49,455 nucleotides of DNA. Origin: Chiloscyllium plagiosum. Its lineage: Eukaryota. The translations under genes were made by a program, and so were the position numbers. The notes under the pieces are model-generated. The model was not told the origin of the DNA. It did no database searches and saw only the letters and a program-made list of their open reading frames with translations. The stretch is from contig NC_057750.1 of NCBI RefSeq assembly GCF_004010195.1, positions 3,899,450 through 3,948,904 of the forward strand, given 5' to 3'. Within the stretch, counting starts at the first letter, position 1; each line of letters begins with the position of its first letter. Shown one piece after another: positions 11,236 to 23,040 of the stretch.

Positions 11236-11334
11236 GTGCTGAAGAAGGGTCACTGGACCTGAAACATTAACTCTGATTTCTCTTCACAGATGCTGCCAGA
11301 CCTGCTAAGCTTTTCCAACAATTTCTATTTTTGT
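11236..11334 (+). mobile_element. PLE pLTR fragment with hammerhead core, inserted in a SINE
   Basis: CTGAAGA-A-GGGTC(actg)GACCT-GAAACATT; imperfect flanking repeat acac(g/a)gttca. Confidence 0.65.
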
Positions 11335-11654
11335 ACACAGTTCAAATATCACCATAGCACCTGGTGGAATTGAAGTTCCAGCTACTAATGCCCTATGGGG
11401 AAGGAAGTCTGCCGACCTTAACCAGTCTGGCCTACATGTGACTCCAGACCCACAACAGTATGGTTCACTCTTAACTGCCCCTTGAGATGGCTTTAGCAAG
11501 CCACTCAGTTCAAGGGCAATTAGAGATGGACAACAAATGCTGGTTTGGCCAATAACAATCACATCTTTTAAGAGCAATAAAGTCTCTGATATAGGAATCA
11601 AAACAGCAACACCAGATGGAGAAATATGAAAGTATATCGGTGATTCTTCAGAAC

Positions 11655-11940
11655 TACAAACTGATTTTTAAGGTGAGAGGAGAGAGATTTCAAAAAAACA
11701 TGGGGGCAATCTTTTACACAGATGTTGTTTTGCATGTGGAATGAACCTCCAGAGGAAATGGTGGATGTGGATATGGTTACAATGTGTAAAAGACATTTGG
11801 ATAAGTTCATGAATAGGTAAGGTTTGGAGGGATATGGGCCAGGAATGGGCAGGTGGGATTGGTTTAGTTTGGGATTATGTGCAGCATGGACTGGTGTGTC
11901 TGAAGGGTCTGTTTTATGTGCTATCTGACTCTATGACAGC
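11655..11940 (+). mobile_element. CR1 LINE 3' fragment
   Basis: tggaatgaacctccagagg...tatgggcc...tgactctatgac tail. Confidence 0.75.
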
Positions 11941-12119
11941 TTCAATAGTCTGAGTGCTGTAGATTTGTTGCTCCCACAGCTTAAGAGATAGGTGGAGCAT
12001 CCCAGTTGCTGTGTAAATCCATGATGTCTTTACAATGCTCTTCGGAGGGTTGGTGTGGACTTGTTGGGCCGAAGGGCCAGTTTCCACACTGTGAGTAACC
12101 TAACCTAACCTAACCTAAT

Positions 12120-12290
12120 CTCCCTAATGAAAGTCAAGTTCAGAAATAACTGAAGGAAATGACCAGAATGGGCATCATGTCCTTCATGACTAAACCATCT
12201 GAATCGTGTTCACCCATAGATACTGTACCCAAAACCAAGGGGATTTTGAATATGCATTGAGCTAACACATTCAGTGAGGGAGCTCTAGCC
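12120..12290 (+). mobile_element. Small decayed Gypsy RT N-terminal fragment
   Basis: LKEMTRMGIMS..TKPSESCSPIDTVPKTKG resembles the Gypsy pol segment MGVISPVTEPTEWCSPMV.VPK. Confidence 0.4.
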
Positions 12291-12636
12291 TATAGCTGGG
12301 TCTCTGGGTTGCTCTCAAGTGACATTGCCTCTATACCCCATTACCAAGGAATCATTTGGCTTCTTTGAACACATTGCTGGTAATATGGAGTAACGAAAAA
12401 CCAACAAAGAAACAAAGATTGGTTGAGGAGTTTCCCACTCTGACATTGGTTCATGACCTGCAAAGATTTCTCGGCAGGAGTTGGCGAAACCTGCATCTCA
12501 CCTGGCAACAACGACTGAACTCTTAGGTGACAACTTATGAAGATGCAAGGATGATATGGGGACTGGCATCAGGAGGATACTTTCCAAAATATCAAGGACA
12601 CGCTCCCATCCACAGATGTCCTGGCCCAATACCATG

Positions 12637-12980
12637 GGGTGGCACTGTGGCTCAGTGGTTCGCACTGCTGCCTCACAGCACCAGGGACCCCGATTTGATT
12701 CCAGCCTCGGGCGACTGCCTGTGTAGAATTTGCACATTCTCCCTATGTCTGCATGAGTTTCCTCTGGGTGCTCCAATTTCCTCCCACAATCCAAAGATGT
12801 GCAGGTTAGGGTGGATTGGCCATAGGAAATTGTCCAAAGATGTGCAGGTTAGGTGTATTCACCATTGGAAATACAGGGATAGAGTAGGGGTGTGAATCTG
12901 GGTGGGATGCTCTTCAGAGGATCAGTGTGGACACGATGGGCCAAATGGCCTGCTTCCACACTATAGGGATTCTATTCTAC
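12637..12980 (+). mobile_element. HE1/V-SINE-like tRNA-derived SINE
   Basis: A/B-box-like head (ggtggcactgtggctcagtgg...ttgattcc), V-domain-like core, CR1-like tail ending in (ttcta)n. Confidence 0.85.
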
Positions 12981-13844
12981 AAATCCATCCTTTTCAATTA
13001 GCAGAGCTGCAGATGGGTGTAAGAAACCACTGTATTATTCTCCTTGGCATTGTCAGCCATGGAGACACACCCTGCAGTTATAGAGACGGGAAGTCTCCAT
13101 GTCAAAGTTGGGGGGGGGGCGGGTGGGGAGCTATCTTCAGATCGTACCCTTGGTCTGAAAGTGATCAAAGAGACGCACCTAAACCATTGGTCCCCTTGTT
13201 GATTGAGAAAGAATAGACAAGGATATCTCCATGGAGACAGAAATTCTGGCCCTGCCTTATGGAGATTGCCTGGAAGATGGAATCTGTGCAGGAGAAGCTA
13301 CTAACAACACAGTATTCTCCAGAGTGGGAGCCTTATAATAAATTATGAGAAATCCTTTGGTGAAATTGAATGCTACACTCAGGCCACAGAGATACACCGG
13401 CCAGCAAAACAAAACCAGCTCAATCAAATCTGAAGGGAGAGCGTGTTGTCATTTGATATTGTGTTTGAGATTGGCCAGGTCAAAGGCTCGGTGAATTAGT
13501 CTTGAAGACCTATTTTGGGCATCAACAGCATTTCCCAATTGTTCAACAACTTGCTTGTTACAACTGATGTGTGTAAAATGCCAGTTACTGACTGTCCACA
13601 AAGGCACTTATACAGCAGAAGTACAGTTCACAGCCGGCCAGTACACTAAGGATAAATTGAATTTCTCCAAACAATCTCCCCCCACTTCATAAATAAAACA
13701 AAAATAATTACATGCACTATTAGTCACAGTTACGAGTTGTGCAAGTTACCCAAATTTATATGATCACAAAGAAAGTTATCATTAATTAACAAAACAACAC
13801 ATCAACTCGAGTCAGTTCCACTTTCATCAATCTCTGCACATGTA

Positions 13845-14232
13845 TTGCATACATCCCCAAACAGGTTCTCTGCTCCCAGTTCCAAAACGGCAGGTGAGCC
13901 CCAGGTGGGACAGAGGAAGTGCTTCAGTGATACTCTCAAGGCCTCACTGGGGAAGTGCAGCATTCCTACCGACACCTGGCAATCAGTGGCCCGAGGAGTA
14001 TCTGGGAAGGTGTTGAGCACCTCGAGACTTGCCTTTGGGAGAAATGGAAGCCAGTGAAAACGGTGAAAGGGGTGTGCTATCACATCAATATCCTCTCCAG
14101 CCCTTCTCATGACCATCACCTGTCCCAAGTGTAACTGAGCCTGTGGTAGCTGCATCGGTCTGTACAGCCACTTATGGACTCACCTTAAAAGTGGAAGAGA
14201 GTCATTCTTACCTGTGAAGGACCACTGATGAT
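13845..14232 (+). mobile_element. RTE-clade LINE 3' fragment
   Basis: GQRKCFSDTLKASLGKCSIPTDTWQS and a C-terminal Zn finger (CPKCN*ACGSCIGLYSHLWTH); ends in tgatgat. Confidence 0.75.
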
Positions 14233-15162
14233 TGCCTACATAGTTCTTAAATCATGCAACACTCCCAATTGTACGCATACACATTGTCATTGGCTGTTTC
14301 TCTGGTATCTGTTCATTCCAAGGGTGATCCATGATAAATTCGTAGTCATTCATGTTCACTAAGTACAGTCAGGGTGACAACTGCTTTGTACAAATTTCAA
14401 GTTGCCACGTGGGCTGACTTTTGTTGAGAGTATTGAACATTTGCACTCTGACTTACTCTGAAAGCTCAGGTTTGGAAATGACTTGGTAGTTTTATGGAAG
14501 TGAAGTTTCTTGTTCTCTCTTTTTTCCTTGGTTTTGTCACTCACACCTGTTAATATTTCAGGCATTGGTAGGATTGGATAGGGTGTGATATTAGCCTTTG
14601 TCTGGATTACTTTCCATGTCTTCAGTGGTGTATTTCTCATCAATGATTGCCTTGTTCAAGTCTGTACTGGATTTGCTCAATTTCTTTAGCTCTTTATTTC
14701 TCTTGAACTCTTTGACAATGTTCACTGCTACCTCAGCATTTCCATTTAACTGGGGATAGTGAGGAAATGATGCATGGTGCTGAATTCCCTGGATGCTTTA
14801 TGAAACAGCTGAACTTTTCACTCACAAATGAATGACAATTGTCACTCATCGCATGTTGGATTTAGTGTAGCAACTGAAGTGTGCTTTCAGGCAATCTCCA
14901 ATCTCATTGGTAGTTAGCCGGTCTAATTCCCAGTGACTAGAATAGTCATTGATGTTGACAAGGTCATCAATTCCTGCAACATGGTCTGTCTGGGATGTCA
15001 TGCATCTAAAGCAGCTCTTTGTTTTGTTTAGCTTGGTATTTATTCCAGGCATTACCCCCCCTTGATCTGCTCCTTGATGTCATTGTTTGGACAGTGGACA
15101 ACTCCTCTGCATTCCTCAGATTTCTTAATGGGCATGGGTACACTTCAGCCATCATTTAACAT

Positions 15163-15466
15163 TGAATTCTACAGTGAAGATACAGATCATTCGTCCATCA
15201 AGTCTGGACCAACCCTCCGAACAGCATCCCACTCAGTCCCTGTAATCCTGCGTTCCCCGCGACTATTCCACTTAGCCTGCGCATCCCTGGACACTATGAG
15301 CAATTTCCCATGGCCAATCCACCCTAACCTGCACATCTCTGGACTGTGGGAGGAAACCGGAGCATCTGGAGGAAATCCACACAGACACGGGGAGAACGCG
15401 CAAATTCCACACAGACAGTCGCCTGAGGCTGGAATCGAACTCAAATCCCTGGCGCTCTGAGGCAGT
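15163..15466 (-). mobile_element. HE1/V-SINE-like SINE inserted into the Gypsy relic
   Basis: Reverse complement of the 12637 family. Confidence 0.85.
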
Positions 15467-16033
15467 AGGATATTAACTTTATTTCCTTTATAAATCTTGG
15501 ACTGTTACTTCATCGCTGTATGTACATAATTCTCAACAGGCATGTCCTTGATCTTTTCAGGCTATCCTTTCATGCTTATTTCTCGCAGCATTCGATGAGT
15601 TGGAGCTGGTTGCACAGATTGCTTGACATGAATAAGATACTTATCTGTCAGATTCCACATCTGCTGAGTTATTGACTGCATGAGCCTGGCAAGCTCTTGC
15701 TTTTCATTGACTCTGGAAGATTTAACACTCTGCTTTAGCATCCTTAACTTTATTCATAGGGAGTGCAGCTCTCACCAGCAAGTCAACAATATACATCTGA
15801 TTCCCTTGCTTCTATGTTATGTCCAGATGCTATCTCTACAAATGGAGGTAACATTGTTCACAGAAGCTTAGGAATAGGTAGAAGCAGTTTTAAGAAGATC
15901 TTTTGAAGTGATTTATACTTACACTCTGTTGTCACTTTGTCTCTCTCTCTCTCTCAAAAAGCTAATGATTAAATATCCATATGCAAAGATAATAGCCTTT
16001 TTTTTACTGTGTAAACATATTGTTGTTCAGTTC

Positions 16034-16368
16034 ATGTTAACCCCTGGATGTTAATGTTAACCCCGGATGTTAATATTAATGTTAACCCCTGGATGTTAAT
16101 GTTAATGTTAACCCCTGGATGTTAATGTTAACCCCGGATGTTAATGTTAATGTTAACCCCTGGATGTTAATGTTAATCCCTGGATATTAATGTTAACCCC
16201 TGGATGTTAATGTTAATGTTAACCCCTGGATGTTAATGTTAACCCCGGATGTTAATGTTAATGTTAACCTCTGGATGTTAATGTTAATCCCTGGATATTA
16301 ATGTTAACCCCTGGATGTTAATGTTAATGTTAACCCCTGGATGTTAATGTTAACCCCGGATGTTAATG
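16034..16368. repeat. Minisatellite (ATGTTA)2-3-ACCCCTGG with a 111-bp higher-order period
   Basis: Variant accccgg at 16131/16242/16353 and variant atccctggatatta at 16176/16287. Confidence 0.95.
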
Positions 16369-18934
16369 CAATGGGCTGTTTTTGCTGCATAAACATTGCT
16401 CCAAGTTTTATTTTGCTGACATCACACTATAATTGACATTGTAGCACCTTTGCAGTAGAATTTTCATCATTAGTTGTCTTATTCTAATGAAACCTGCATC
16501 TTTTTCTGTACCTTCATGCCATTGCATGGCCTTAGCAGTGAGTTTGTGTTGAGTTCATTCTCTGATAACAATTTAGGAAAGAAATTTGCTAAATTTTTCA
16601 TGACTCCTGCAAATCATTGCGATATTTTCTCATCTATTGGCCACTGCATCTCTGTTACACTGACCTCGTTAGATGAGTATCATTTATCATATATAGATAC
16701 AAGCCCACCTTTGAGAGCTTCATTTTTAGGTCACAGACAGCTGGTATCTATCTGATACTCCACTTTCACTGTGGTCATCATTTGAACAGTCACATGCTGT
16801 TTATAATCTTTTAACTTCATGATGTCAACCTCTTCTGTGTTGTACAGTGATTTGTCAGAATCACTGGCTGGCATCTTTCCAGCAGCCATCTTTATAAGCT
16901 TGCTTTGACACTTTCTAGTTAAGTATTTGTCTGCAAAGTGATTCAGCATCTTTCAGTCAGAGCACTGTGATCTCCATGCTGGACATCTTTCCTTTTCTAT
17001 TATGTCAGGTTGCCTGCAAAATGTACATCCTGCTCTTTGGCCTTGATCTTTCTGTTGAATCTTCTGAAAATATTTCTTCCCTTTCCCAATTGGTTGTTTT
17101 AATTCACCCTGAACTGTCTCTCAGCATAATGCAAAGCCTCAGATGTTCTCCCATTAATATGCTTCAGCTGATGATTGACAGTCTATGAGCTTTTGCATAT
17201 GTCAATTTCTTTCTTGAGGGTAAGTTTCCCCTCTCTCAGCAGATGTACTCTCACAGCAGGGCAATACTACATGACCTTAGCAGTGAGTTTGTGTAGAAAT
17301 TCATTCTTTGATAGCAATTTAGAAAGGAACTTTGCTAACTTCATCATGACTCCTGCAAATTGTTGCAATGTTTTCTCATCTGTTGGTCACTGCATCTCAG
17401 TTACAGTGACCTCACTGGATGAGTATCATTCATCATATATAGTCACAAGTTTTGATTTGATCATATTTTAGTTTTCAAACTGTCAGGGTTCAGCTAGGTG
17501 TATCAATACAGTCACACACCAATCAATAATCTCCATCTCCCTGAGTTCTGGTGTTAAACCAATATCATTTGTGTGTATCATTAATTCAGAATTCAAATTG
17601 TGTCTTCAAAGCCACCTAGATCTCACCTGTCTGTGCCTCTCAGTGAGACCTAGGTGGCAATACAGCTTGTAGCTCTCTTTTCCCACCATTAATAGCAGGA
17701 TAGTGACTTTTATTTCCCAGGTTTTTAACAATAAATGATAGCTATTTCATAGTTTTGCCACGTCATTTCAATTCACGTCATTTCCACATCAGCAGGGAAT
17801 GGAAAATGCACAGCCATTTTGACTTGCCAGGGATTCCAAGTTGCAGACTGCTGCTGATTTTACTTATTGCCCTTGCTGTAAGTTTCCAGCCCTGGTTGTT
17901 TTACGCTGGGCAGTTCTTGCTGAATTTCTCATTAGCAACTGGCTCTCTTACAGCTTGCAAAGTCTACATGTTTTCAGCAGTACTATTCCTAACTACATGT
18001 TAGACACAGAAGCAGGCAGGGACGCGGACTATGTGCAGGCAGATGGGATTAATTTAGAACAGCGTTGTGGTCGGCAAATACATGGTGGGGTAGAGTTTAT
18101 CCAGTGTAGAACCAGGGTTTAGTTTCCTGTGTAGTGCCCAGAGATCTCAGAGGTGATAGAGGACCTCATATCTGTCTGTGACTATCTATCTGTGCCACCT
18201 ACAGTGTGTAACTATACGCATGCATATACAATGTTAGCGATGAGGAAAAAAGCTTGGGGAGGGGAGATATTGTATAAGGCAATGGTTCTGAAAGGGTTAA
18301 TGTTGATGTCTGCTTTAATACCCACCCAATCTAATAATGTGATTTTGTTGTGGGTGGGGAAATCAAGGAGAGTCCCAGCAGATCTCATAGAAATTAGAAG
18401 CAGGAGTAAGGCCATTCAGCCCTTCAAGACTGCTGCGCCATTGAATATGGTCACGTCTGATCCTGTATCTCAATATCACACAACTTCTTTCTCCCCATAC
18501 CTCATCATGCCTTCAATACCTAAAAAAAAATCAATCTCTTTCTCCAATCCATTCAGTGACTTAGCCTCCATAGGCTTCCGAGGTAGATAATTCCACCTAA
18601 AAATAAGGAAAATGTCCCTCATCTCAGTCCTACATGATCTAGTCTATATCCTGAGACCGTGTCCCCTGGTTGTAGACTCCCCAGCTAGACAAACATGCTC
18701 CCTTCATCTAGTCTGTCCAGCCTTGTTGGAAGTGTGTTCGTTTCAATCTTACCTGTTCTCATCCTCCTGAACTCCACTGAGTACAGTCAATCTCCCCTCA
18801 TTGGACAGTCCTTCTATCTGCAGTATCATTATAAGGAGAACCACTGCACTCTATCAATGGCAAGTGTATCCTCTCTCAGGGAGGGAGAGTGAAACTGCAC
18901 ACAATACATACTCTGGGGCTGGTCTCACTGCAGT

Positions 18935-19263
18935 AATGATGTGGAGGTGCCGGTGTTAGAGTGGGGTGGACAAAGTTAAAAATCACACAACACCAGATGA
19001 CAGCTACCTGATGAAGGAGCAGTGCTCTGAAAGCTAGTACTTGCAAATAGACCTGTTGGACTATAACCTGATTATAGAGTCATTGTGATGTATAGCACAG
19101 AAACAGACCCTTCGGTCCAACCCGTCCATGCCGACCAGATATCCCAACCCAATCTAGTCCCACATGCCAGCACTTGGCCCATATCTCTCCAAACCCTTCC
19201 TATTCATATACTCATCCAGATGCCTTTTAAATGTTGCAATTGTATGTTGTGTGGTTTTTAACT
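18935..19263. mobile_element. PLE-derived element interrupted by a CR1 3' end (about 19075-19243, -)
   Basis: Tail shared with 9479-9679; arms aaaaatcacacaacacc / tgttgtgtggttttt resume after the CR1 insert. Confidence 0.65.
19005..19039 (+). ncRNA. Minimal hammerhead ribozyme core (second sub-family)
   Basis: UAC-CUGAUGA-A-GGAGC(agu)GCUCU-GAAAG-CUA-GUA; 3-bp stem I (UAC/GUA), palindromic AGCU stem III. Confidence 0.6.
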
Positions 19264-20344
19264 AACTGCAATGAGACATGCCCACTTCTGAACTTATACT
19301 CTTGTAATGAAGATTAGTGTACAATAAAATCATAAAGACCATTACATATGGGAGTGGAATTAGGTCATTCAGTCCATTGAGTGTTCTCCACTATTCGATG
19401 ATGGCTGATATGTTTCTCAGTCCCATTCTGCCTTTTCCCCATAATGGTTGATCTCCTTACTAATCAAGAACCTATTTATCTCATCTTAAAGACCCTTGGT
19501 CTCCACAGCCCTCTGCAGCAATGGGTTCCACAGATTCTCCACCCTCTGGCTGAAGAAAGTCCTCATCATCTCAGCTCTAAAGGCTGGTCACTTCATTATG
19601 AGGCTGTACCCTCAGGTCTCAGTCTCTCCTACTGGTGGAAACATCTTCTCCATGTCCATTCCATTCAGGCCTCTCAGAATTCTTTAAGTATCAATAAGAT
19701 ACTGCCCCTATCCTTTCAAATTCCATCAAATATACAGATAAAGAATCCTCAGCCTCTCCACATATGACAAAACCTTCACCTTATAAGATCTTTCTTATAA
19801 ACCTTCTCTGGATCCCCTCCAAGGCCAGTACACCCTTCCTTGGATACTCTGTTCACTGCTCACGACATTCTAAATGTGGTCAGACCAGAGCCTGATACAG
19901 CCTCAGCAATACATCTCTGTTTTTGTATTCTAGCTTTCTTGAAATGAATGCTAGCATTGCATTTGTCTTCATAACCACTGACCGAACCTAAAATAATCCT
20001 AACCTAGGATTCCTAAGTCCCTTTGCACTTCAGATTCCTGAAGCCTTTCCCCCATTAGAAAATAGTCTACACCTCAATTCTTCCTCCCAAAGTGTATAAC
20101 CTTGCACTTTTCCACACTGTATTCCATCTGCCACTTCTTTGCCCTTGCTTCCGGCCTGACCAAGTCCTTCTGCAGCCTCCCCGCTCCTTCAGCAGTAGCT
20201 GTCCCACACCATTTGCCTTCCTAATTGCTTGCTGCATCCGTCTGTCTGCGTACATTGTAACCCAAAGCTCAGGCTATCATGCAATAAGCAACATCTTGTT
20301 ATGACAACAGCTTCTTCTTGTTTAAACTGGTTAAGGTTGATCTT

Positions 20345-21050
20345 CTGGATGTGCAGAGGGATCTTGGAGTCCACGTACATAGATCTCTGAAAGTTGCCAC
20401 CCAGGTGGATAGTGCTGTTAAGAAGGCATACAATGTGTTAGGTTTCATTCGTAGAGGGATTGAGTTCTGCAGCCACAATATTATACTGCAACTATACAAA
20501 ACGCTGGTGCGACCACATTTGGAATATTGTGTGCCGTTCTGGTCCACATATTCGGGAAGGATGTGGAAGCATTGGAAAAGGTGTAGAGGAGATTTACCAG
20601 GATGTTGCCTGGTCTGGAGGGAAGGTCTTATGAGGAAAGGCTGAGAGACTTGGATCTGTTCTCATTGGAGAGAAGAAGGCTAAGAAGTGATTTGATAGAG
20701 ACATACAAGATGATCATAGGATTAGATAGGGTAGACAGTGAACGTGTTTTTCCTAGGATGATGATGTTATATTGTACAAGGGGGGCATAACTACAAATTG
20801 AGGGGTGATAGATTTAAGACAGATGTCAGAGGCAGGTTCTTTACGCAGAGAGTGGTAAGGGCGTGGAATGCCCAGTCTGCCAATGTAATTAACTCATCCA
20901 CATTAGGGAGATTTAAACAATCCTTAGATAAGCACATGGATGATTTGGGGATAGTGTAGGGGGACGAGCTGAGAATAGTTCACAGGTCGGCGCAACATCG
21001 AGAGCCGAAGGGCCTGTTCTGCGCTATTTTGTTCTATGTTCTATGTTCTA
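20345..21050 (+). mobile_element. Relatively young CR1/HER1 LINE 3' part
   Basis: QRDLGVHVHRSLKVATQVDSAVKKA...LYKTLVRPHLEYCVPFWS...FSLERRRLRSDLIETYKMI; (ttctatg)n tail. Confidence 0.9.
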
Positions 21051-22004
21051 CCCCTGTAATAGGCTGTTTGACCTAGTTAAGGGATGAGCAATAGTGGAGC
21101 TTCCTTCCTATTGACAAATACTACACTGGGCTTACTGAGGGAGTGCTGCGCTGTCAGAAGCATTGTCTTTTCATTGAGGCCCCAAGTCCCTGTCTGTCCT
21201 CTCCGGTGTGTGGAAATGATCCATTGACAGCAACTTGCTGAAGAGAAGGGGCATTCTCCCTGGCCCAATATTGATCCATGAACCACCATCGCTAAAATCA
21301 GATGATCATTTTGCTTGGTTGTGGGATCTGCGTATTTATGAATGCACCTTTTTGTTATCCTATTGGTGTGATCCTTAATTTGTAACGCTCTTCTGCCTCT
21401 CAGACTCTGACCATCCAGACGCTCCAACATTTTCGGTTTGAGTGCATTGATAATGACATTCATGGAGCTTGTGTTACTGTAAGGTTTCATTTATCCTCAG
21501 CTGAAATAAAACAACTGGCTCGAGAGACCGAGATCTTCCTGTCACAGTGTAAGGTTAAAATGCTCATGTCATACATCAATGGCCATTTCCTTTTCCAAAT
21601 AGACAAAATGACTCCATTCCCACAATCCCTGGTAGTACTGTAACATTCTTCATATACTGTTGTAAATACATCTCCTAGTTTCTGATTGTTTTGAGATGCA
21701 AACACTCTATGGGCATAAATTCACATTTCAAGGCAGAGTGTCTGTTTATTTGCTGAGAGTTTGTGGATCAGTCCCTGGAGCTTTGCATTGTTAAAAATTC
21801 AGATGTGGATTTTCCACTTGCCGTAGCAGCAGCTGCTGCGGTGGCTGGTTTATTCAGGATGTGTTTGTGAGAGTGTGTCTGTGTGAGTTGATTTGAATGT
21901 ATTTGTTTGGTTTGTGTGTGAGTTTGCACAGGTTGGAATGCAAATGCTGGGTGCACGTCTGTGTAAATGTGTGAATGTTTTTGGGGTATGTGTGGTGGGG
22001 TGTG

Positions 22005-22090
22005 AGAGAAAACGGAAACTGCTGGAGAAACTCCACAGGTCTGGCAGCACCTATGGAGAGGGAATGTTTCGAGTCCAGTGACCCTTCTGT
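22005..22090 (-). mobile_element. PLE pLTR fragment
   Basis: ctgctggagaaactccacaggtctggcagca...gtttcgagtccagtgacccttc, same family as 11236 and 34480. Confidence 0.55.
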
Positions 22091-22412
22091 AGAGCAGCTG
22101 TGAAAAGCTGCACTGGCCTGTATGTTTTGTGTGGGTGTGTATGTATCTAACCACCTGTCTGCATGTATATGATGTTTTTATGTAAGTAAGCAGGGTTCTC
22201 TAGTGTATTAGAGTGATATTCTGTGTATGTTTGTGTGTGAGGCTTTGAATTTTGCTGAGGGGAATTATTTTTCACCCAGAGGGGAGCGGGAATCTCAGAT
22301 TTACTGCCTGAAAGAACGGTTGAGTCAGAAACATTGAAGCAGTACTTAGAATCCACTTGTGTTGTCCGAGGCTATGGGTCAAGAGTTAGAAAATGGGATT
22401 GGTGTAGTCAGA

Positions 22413-22486
22413 TCTTTGTTGACTGGTGCAGATACAATGGACTAAGTGGTCTTTGTTGACTGGTGCAGATACAATGGACTAAGTGG
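22413..22486. repeat. Perfect 37-bp tandem duplication in a CR1 tail
   Basis: tctttgttgactggtgcagatacaatggactaagtgg x2. Confidence 0.9.
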
Positions 22487-22499
22487 CCTTCTCCTGTGC

Positions 22500-23040
22500 T
22501 GTAAACATCTATTTATGTTTTTGTATGTTTGTGTCTATCTTTGTGTTTTGAAGTGTGTGACTTTGTGTGTGTCTTTGAGTGTGTTGGGTGTGTGACCATT
22601 GTGTGTAGTTGTTGTGTGTTGGAGGGTGTGTATCTATTGTGTGTGTTTGAGTGTGGACCATGCATGTTCTGTCTGTCTGTCATGTTTGTTCAGCTATGGG
22701 CTGTGCGTGTGTGTTCTGTGTGTCTGTTGTGTGTTGGAGTTTGTGTTTGAGTACAGATCATATGTGTTGTGTGTGCCTGTCATGTGTGTTCAGGTGTGGG
22801 CTGTGCATGTGTGTTCTGTGTGTCTGTTGTGTGTTGGAGTTTGTGTTTGAGTACAGATCATATGTGTTGTGTGTGCCTGTCATGTGTGTTCAGGTGTGGG
22901 CTGTGCATGTGTGTTCTGTGAGTTTGAGTGTGAACCAAGTGTGTTTTGTGCATCTGTCATGTGTGTTCAGGTGTGGGCTGTGCGTGTTGTGCTTATCTGT
23001 CATGTGTTGCGATATGTGTTTTGAACTGTGTATCTCTGTT
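22500..23040. repeat. TG-rich low-complexity tract with a 100-bp tandem duplication
   Basis: gagtacagatca at 22749 and 22849; further TG-rich tracts at about 21860-22240 and 33825-33985. Confidence 0.85.

Larger units (their letters stand above)
14235..17450 (-). mobile_element. Decayed Gypsy/Ty3 LTR retrotransposon internal region
   Basis: Minus-strand remnants: gag (RVHLLREGKLTLKK; Zn knuckle CPAWRSQCSD*KMLNHFA), RT C-terminus, RNase H (CDVSKIKLGAMFMQQKQPIA), integrase (GIQHHASFPHYPQLNGNAEVAVNIVK at about 14713-14790). Many stops and frameshifts. Possible polypurine tract/LTR at about 13545-13686. Confidence 0.75.
18385..20270 (-). mobile_element. Nested older CR1 fragments
   Basis: Reverse-complemented CR1 tails at about 18385 and 19325 with ORF2 remnants (MQQAIRKANG). 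Confidence 0.7.

Noticed and set aside
12096..12120. (TAACC)n telomere-like repeat
   Set aside because: Microsatellite tail of a short CR1/HE1 3' fragment, not vertebrate TTAGGG.
12637..12710. tRNA gene
   Set aside because: The tRNA-like head continues into a SINE body and recurs in several diverged copies.
16034..16368. CRISPR-like array
   Set aside because: No unique spacers and no cas genes; eukaryotic context; it is a tandem minisatellite.
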